Positions 58,976 to 61,749 of a stretch of 61,749 bases of DNA are shown in pieces. The translations under genes were made by a program, and so were the position numbers. The first letter of the stretch is position 1, and each line of letters begins with the position of its first letter. The notes below the pieces were generated by a model. That model ran no database searches, had not been told where the DNA came from, and saw only the letters and a program-made list of their open reading frames with translations. The stretch lies in contig JAYOTF010000002.1 in NCBI GenBank assembly GCA_038150265.1, positions 81,403 through 143,151 of the forward strand, written 5' to 3'. The DNA is from Deltaproteobacteria bacterium. Lineage in GTDB: Bacteria; SAR324; NAC60-12.

Positions 58976-60232
58976 TTACAGCCGGATGGTCATCCCATCG
59001 GCCAGGGACTGACGGTAAGCACGCCAGGCAGGGAGCGCGCCCATCAGGAATCCGGAGAGGACGATGCCTCCCAGCAACCCCGCCTCGAATCCTCCGGGGG
59101 GAGTCAGGGGCAGAAAGAGCCCAAGCTGTTCACTGGCAACAGGACGGAGCACCCACAAAAGAGCATACAGGAGGACGGTCCCGGAGGCGACTCCTACCAG
59201 CGTCAATAATCCCGCCTCGCCCATGAGGAGCCCAAAAATGGTACGCGGACCTGCTCCGACCGAGCGAAGAATGGCCATCTCGCGGCGGCGTTCATTGAGT
59301 CCGGACAGCAAAGCCGTGAGCATGCCGAGCAATCCGGCAAACACGACGCAGCCACTGATGACCTGCAGGCCGGTCTCCGCCACGCGCAGCAGCTCCCACA
59401 GTTCGCGCAGAGCCACCCCCGGCAGGATGGCCGAAAGCGGTTCTTCGGGGTAGGTGCTGACGTCCCGCTGGAGCTGAAAGGCCTGAATCTTTGACTTCAG
59501 CCCAACCAGGAAAGCGGTGATTGCCTGAGGTTGCAGGTTGTGCCGAAGGACCTCCTCCGGAGAAAGCCCCTCACCGGTCATGGGGGGCGCGCCACTTTCC
59601 CAGTCCAGGTGCATGGCTTCAATGCCTTCCAGGCTAACGTGGACGGTCTGGTCCACTGGGGTTCCTGTCGGAGCCAGGATGCCCACCACGGTAAAGGGGC
59701 GGTCGTCGTGCTGGAGAAACGACGTGCTGCCGGTGCCATGTGCAATCACAATGGGGTCCTGAAGCCGGTATCCGAGCTTGCGGGCGACTTCAGAGCCGAG
59801 CACAGCGTCAAAGACACCAGAAAAGGAGACCCCCTCGGCCAAGCGCAGTGGCTCCCGGCTTCCGTAGCGAAAGTGCCGGAAGTAGTCCTGATTGGTCCCC
59901 AGCACCCGGAAGCCGCGGTGCGAGTCTCCCAGGGAAAAGGGAATGGTCCAGCGCACCCGGGGGTCGTTGCGGAAGGTCTCGTAGCTGTCCCAGCGGAGGT
60001 TGTTGGTGGCGTTTCCAATCCGGAAGACCGAGTAGAGCAACAGCTGCAGCGAGCCCCCGCGGGCGCCAACGATCAGGTCGGTTCCGGAGACGGCGCTGGC
60101 AAAGCTGCTGCGGACGCTCTTCCGGACCTGCTCCACACCGAGGAGGAGGAGGACGCTGACGGCAATGGAGAAGATGGTCAAGAGCGCCGTGCCTCGCCGG
60201 TTCCAGAGAGACTGCGTGATGAGGTTCAGCAT
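58976..60232 (-). CDS. ABC transporter permease (FtsX/MacB type) of a zinc-regulated operon
   Basis: SLWNRR; GTDLIVGAR; SLGDSHRGF; ERRREMAILRSVGA. Confidence 0.93.
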   Translation of the reverse strand: MLNLITQSLWNRRGTALLTIFSIAVSVLLLLGVEQVRKSVRSSFASAVSGTDLIVGARGGSLQLLLYSVFRIGNATNNLRWDSYETFRNDPRVRWTIPFSLGDSHRGFRVLGTNQDYFRHFRYGSREPLRLAEGVSFSGVFDAVLGSEVARKLGYRLQDPIVIAHGTGSTSFLQHDDRPFTVVGILAPTGTPVDQTVHVSLEGIEAMHLDWESGAPPMTGEGLSPEEVLRHNLQPQAITAFLVGLKSKIQAFQLQRDVSTYPEEPLSAILPGVALRELWELLRVAETGLQVISGCVVFAGLLGMLTALLSGLNERRREMAILRSVGAGPRTIFGLLMGEAGLLTLVGVASGTVLLYALLWVLRPVASEQLGLFLPLTPPGGFEAGLLGGIVLSGFLMGALPAWRAYRQSLADGMTIRL

Positions 60233-60933
60233 GGGGTTCCGGAGGCTTGGTTCAACTCAACGAGGTTCCACCGTTGCTCAAAGCGCGCGCCCAGAGAGGC
60301 ATCGTGGCTGACCAGTACAAGGGTGCTTCCGGAGGCTTCACATTCCTGAAACAGCAACTCCAGGAACCCGTCTCGCGCCGAGGCGTCCAGGGCCGACGTG
60401 GGCTCGTCGGCAATGATCAACTCCGGACGTCCAATCAGCGCCCGAGCAGCGGCGACTCGCTGTTGCTGGCCCACGCTTAACTCAATCACCGGACGCTGCT
60501 GCAGCAAGGGCTCCTCCAGGCCCAGGGAACGAAGCAGACGCTCAGCCTCAGGTTCCCAGGTGGAGGCGGCTCCCACGCGTGCCGCCCGCTCTCGGGAAAA
60601 GCGCAGCGGCAGCACCACGTTTTCCGTCAAGGAAAGGTAGGGGAGCAGGTTGAAGAGCTGGAAGAGGAACCCGAGGTGGGCAACCCGGAAGGCATCGCGC
60701 TGAGACGCAGAAAGCGCAGCCAGGTCCTGACCCAGCACCTGAAGGCTTCCGGAGTGGGGAAGCAGGATGCCGCCAATGAGCGACAGGAGGGTCGATTTGC
60801 CACTCCCGCTTGGTCCTTCCAGAAAGGCATGGGTTCCCGCAGAGAGCTGCAGCTCTGGAAGGTGCAGCACATCGTGGCCTTGGCTCGGCCAGCGGAACCG
60901 GACCTCCCGGAGACTGAGGATCGGATCGCCCAT
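60226..60933 (-). CDS. ABC transporter ATP-binding protein
   Basis: GPSGSGKS; LSVGQQQR; ADEPTSALD. Confidence 0.95.
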   Translation of the reverse strand: MGDPILSLREVRFRWPSQGHDVLHLPELQLSAGTHAFLEGPSGSGKSTLLSLIGGILLPHSGSLQVLGQDLAALSASQRDAFRVAHLGFLFQLFNLLPYLSLTENVVLPLRFSRERAARVGAASTWEPEAERLLRSLGLEEPLLQQRPVIELSVGQQQRVAAARALIGRPELIIADEPTSALDASARDGFLELLFQECEASGSTLVLVSHDASLGARFEQRWNLVELNQASGTPC

Positions 60934-60937
60934 GAGT

Positions 60938-61507
60938 TCAGTCCCAGCCCTGCAGCTGCGTGTTTCCTGCTGAAAGCTCCTGAGCGCCCTGCTGATTGTG
61001 AAGCCACCACTGCACCCGGACCTCGTGGGTTTGCGGAAAGGTTTGCAGGAGCTGGGTGTCCAGCGCGTTCAGGTTTTCCGGAGCATGGCAGCGCCACTGC
61101 CACTGAGCCTGGAATTCCGAGTGCCGGGCTTCCCCTTCGTGGTCGCCCTGTGCTTCTGAGGCGTGGTCTTCGTGGTCGGAGTGAGCGGCATCAGAAAAGA
61201 GCGTGTTGTGCACCTGCACGCTGGAAAGAAAACACGCGGCTGCTTCCGGAAGCACAAACAGGCGCTCTGGCTGAGCCAGGGCGGCTGCTCCCTCGGTGAA
61301 GGCCTGGCGGTCTTCTGCTGCTTCCGGAAGGTACTCGAACCCGATGAGGCTCGCAGCCGGAGCCTCAAATTCCATCTGCAGCGTCTCCTCTTCCAGCACC
61401 ACCATGAGCTGAGCCACCCCGTGTTCATGCGCGGCCATGCTTGCTTGCGCCAGGCTGATCGAAGGCGCCCCAAGCAGTCCCAACAGAGCCCATTTCCATC
61501 TCTTCAT
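60938..61507 (-). CDS. DUF2796 (ZrgA-like) periplasmic zinc-binding protein
   Basis: Signal peptide; AHEHG; PA..L.GFE; His-rich loop; HSEF. Confidence 0.9.
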   Translation of the reverse strand: MKRWKWALLGLLGAPSISLAQASMAAHEHGVAQLMVVLEEETLQMEFEAPAASLIGFEYLPEAAEDRQAFTEGAAALAQPERLFVLPEAAACFLSSVQVHNTLFSDAAHSDHEDHASEAQGDHEGEARHSEFQAQWQWRCHAPENLNALDTQLLQTFPQTHEVRVQWWLHNQQGAQELSAGNTQLQGWD

Positions 61508-61536
61508 CTCTCGTTCCTCAAAAAGTTCTCAGTTTT

Positions 61537-61551
61537 AGTAATAGTATAACG
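61537..61551. promoter_or_regulatory. Zur box
   Basis: Minus strand CGTTATA-C-TATTACT, 30 bp upstream of the DUF2796 gene; similar to 47635-47649. Confidence 0.8.
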
Positions 61552-61749
61552 TTTCATTAAACTAGTGGCCTCTCCCTGGAATGTCAAGCAGGATCCCGGG
61601 GCAATCGCATGAAGGGAGGCAACCGGCTCATCTTGAAAAAACAGTCGCGAATCGCTGGATCGGTTCCCTCGCTGGAGTCACGTCCGTCCTTCTCGCGAAG
61701 GCGAGGATCCCGTCAATGCGTCGAAGGCCACCGGTTCAAGGACTGGATC

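Overview
GC-rich (roughly 62%) bacterial chromosomal segment with about 62 real genes. The gene mix (CIRCE-controlled Hsp20, tRNA-Sec, sigma54 regulation, SurA/PpiD, many c-type cytochromes) suggests a Gram-negative delta-proteobacterium-like organism, possibly SAR324; this is inference only. Layout: (1) 1-11.7 kb, a heme-rich envelope redox island with 8 CXXCH motifs. It holds SHP/DHC/cytochrome b, a Rieske lipoprotein, YceI, a beta-propeller, an apparently circularly permuted tandem diheme cytochrome, three tiny acidic lipoproteins and a sensor kinase/NtrC pair. Two convergent sigma54 promoters flank it and share an IHF site plus a direct-repeat enhancer. (2) A phasin-like gene, purU and a divergent inositol catabolism locus (iolG / iolCBDE plus an oxidoreductase). 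(3) Pentapeptide protein, GST, diheme lipoprotein, ferredoxin-cyclase, selC, MscS, antiporter, GlnA4-like synthetase plus SDR, Hsp20, mtnA. (4) rpsA, then a HelD-like ATPase, a probable pseudokinase, RqcH/NFACT and a HAD phosphatase. (5) pckA, a Zur-controlled znuABC/zur/COG0523 locus, ppc, ppiD and a second Zur-controlled DUF2796-ABC-DUF3299 operon. Across the whole window the palindrome TCCGGA is strongly over-represented in all reading frames, like a HIP1-type iterated palindrome. No CRISPR array, transposase or integrase was seen. All calls come from motif recognition by eye; no database searches were run.
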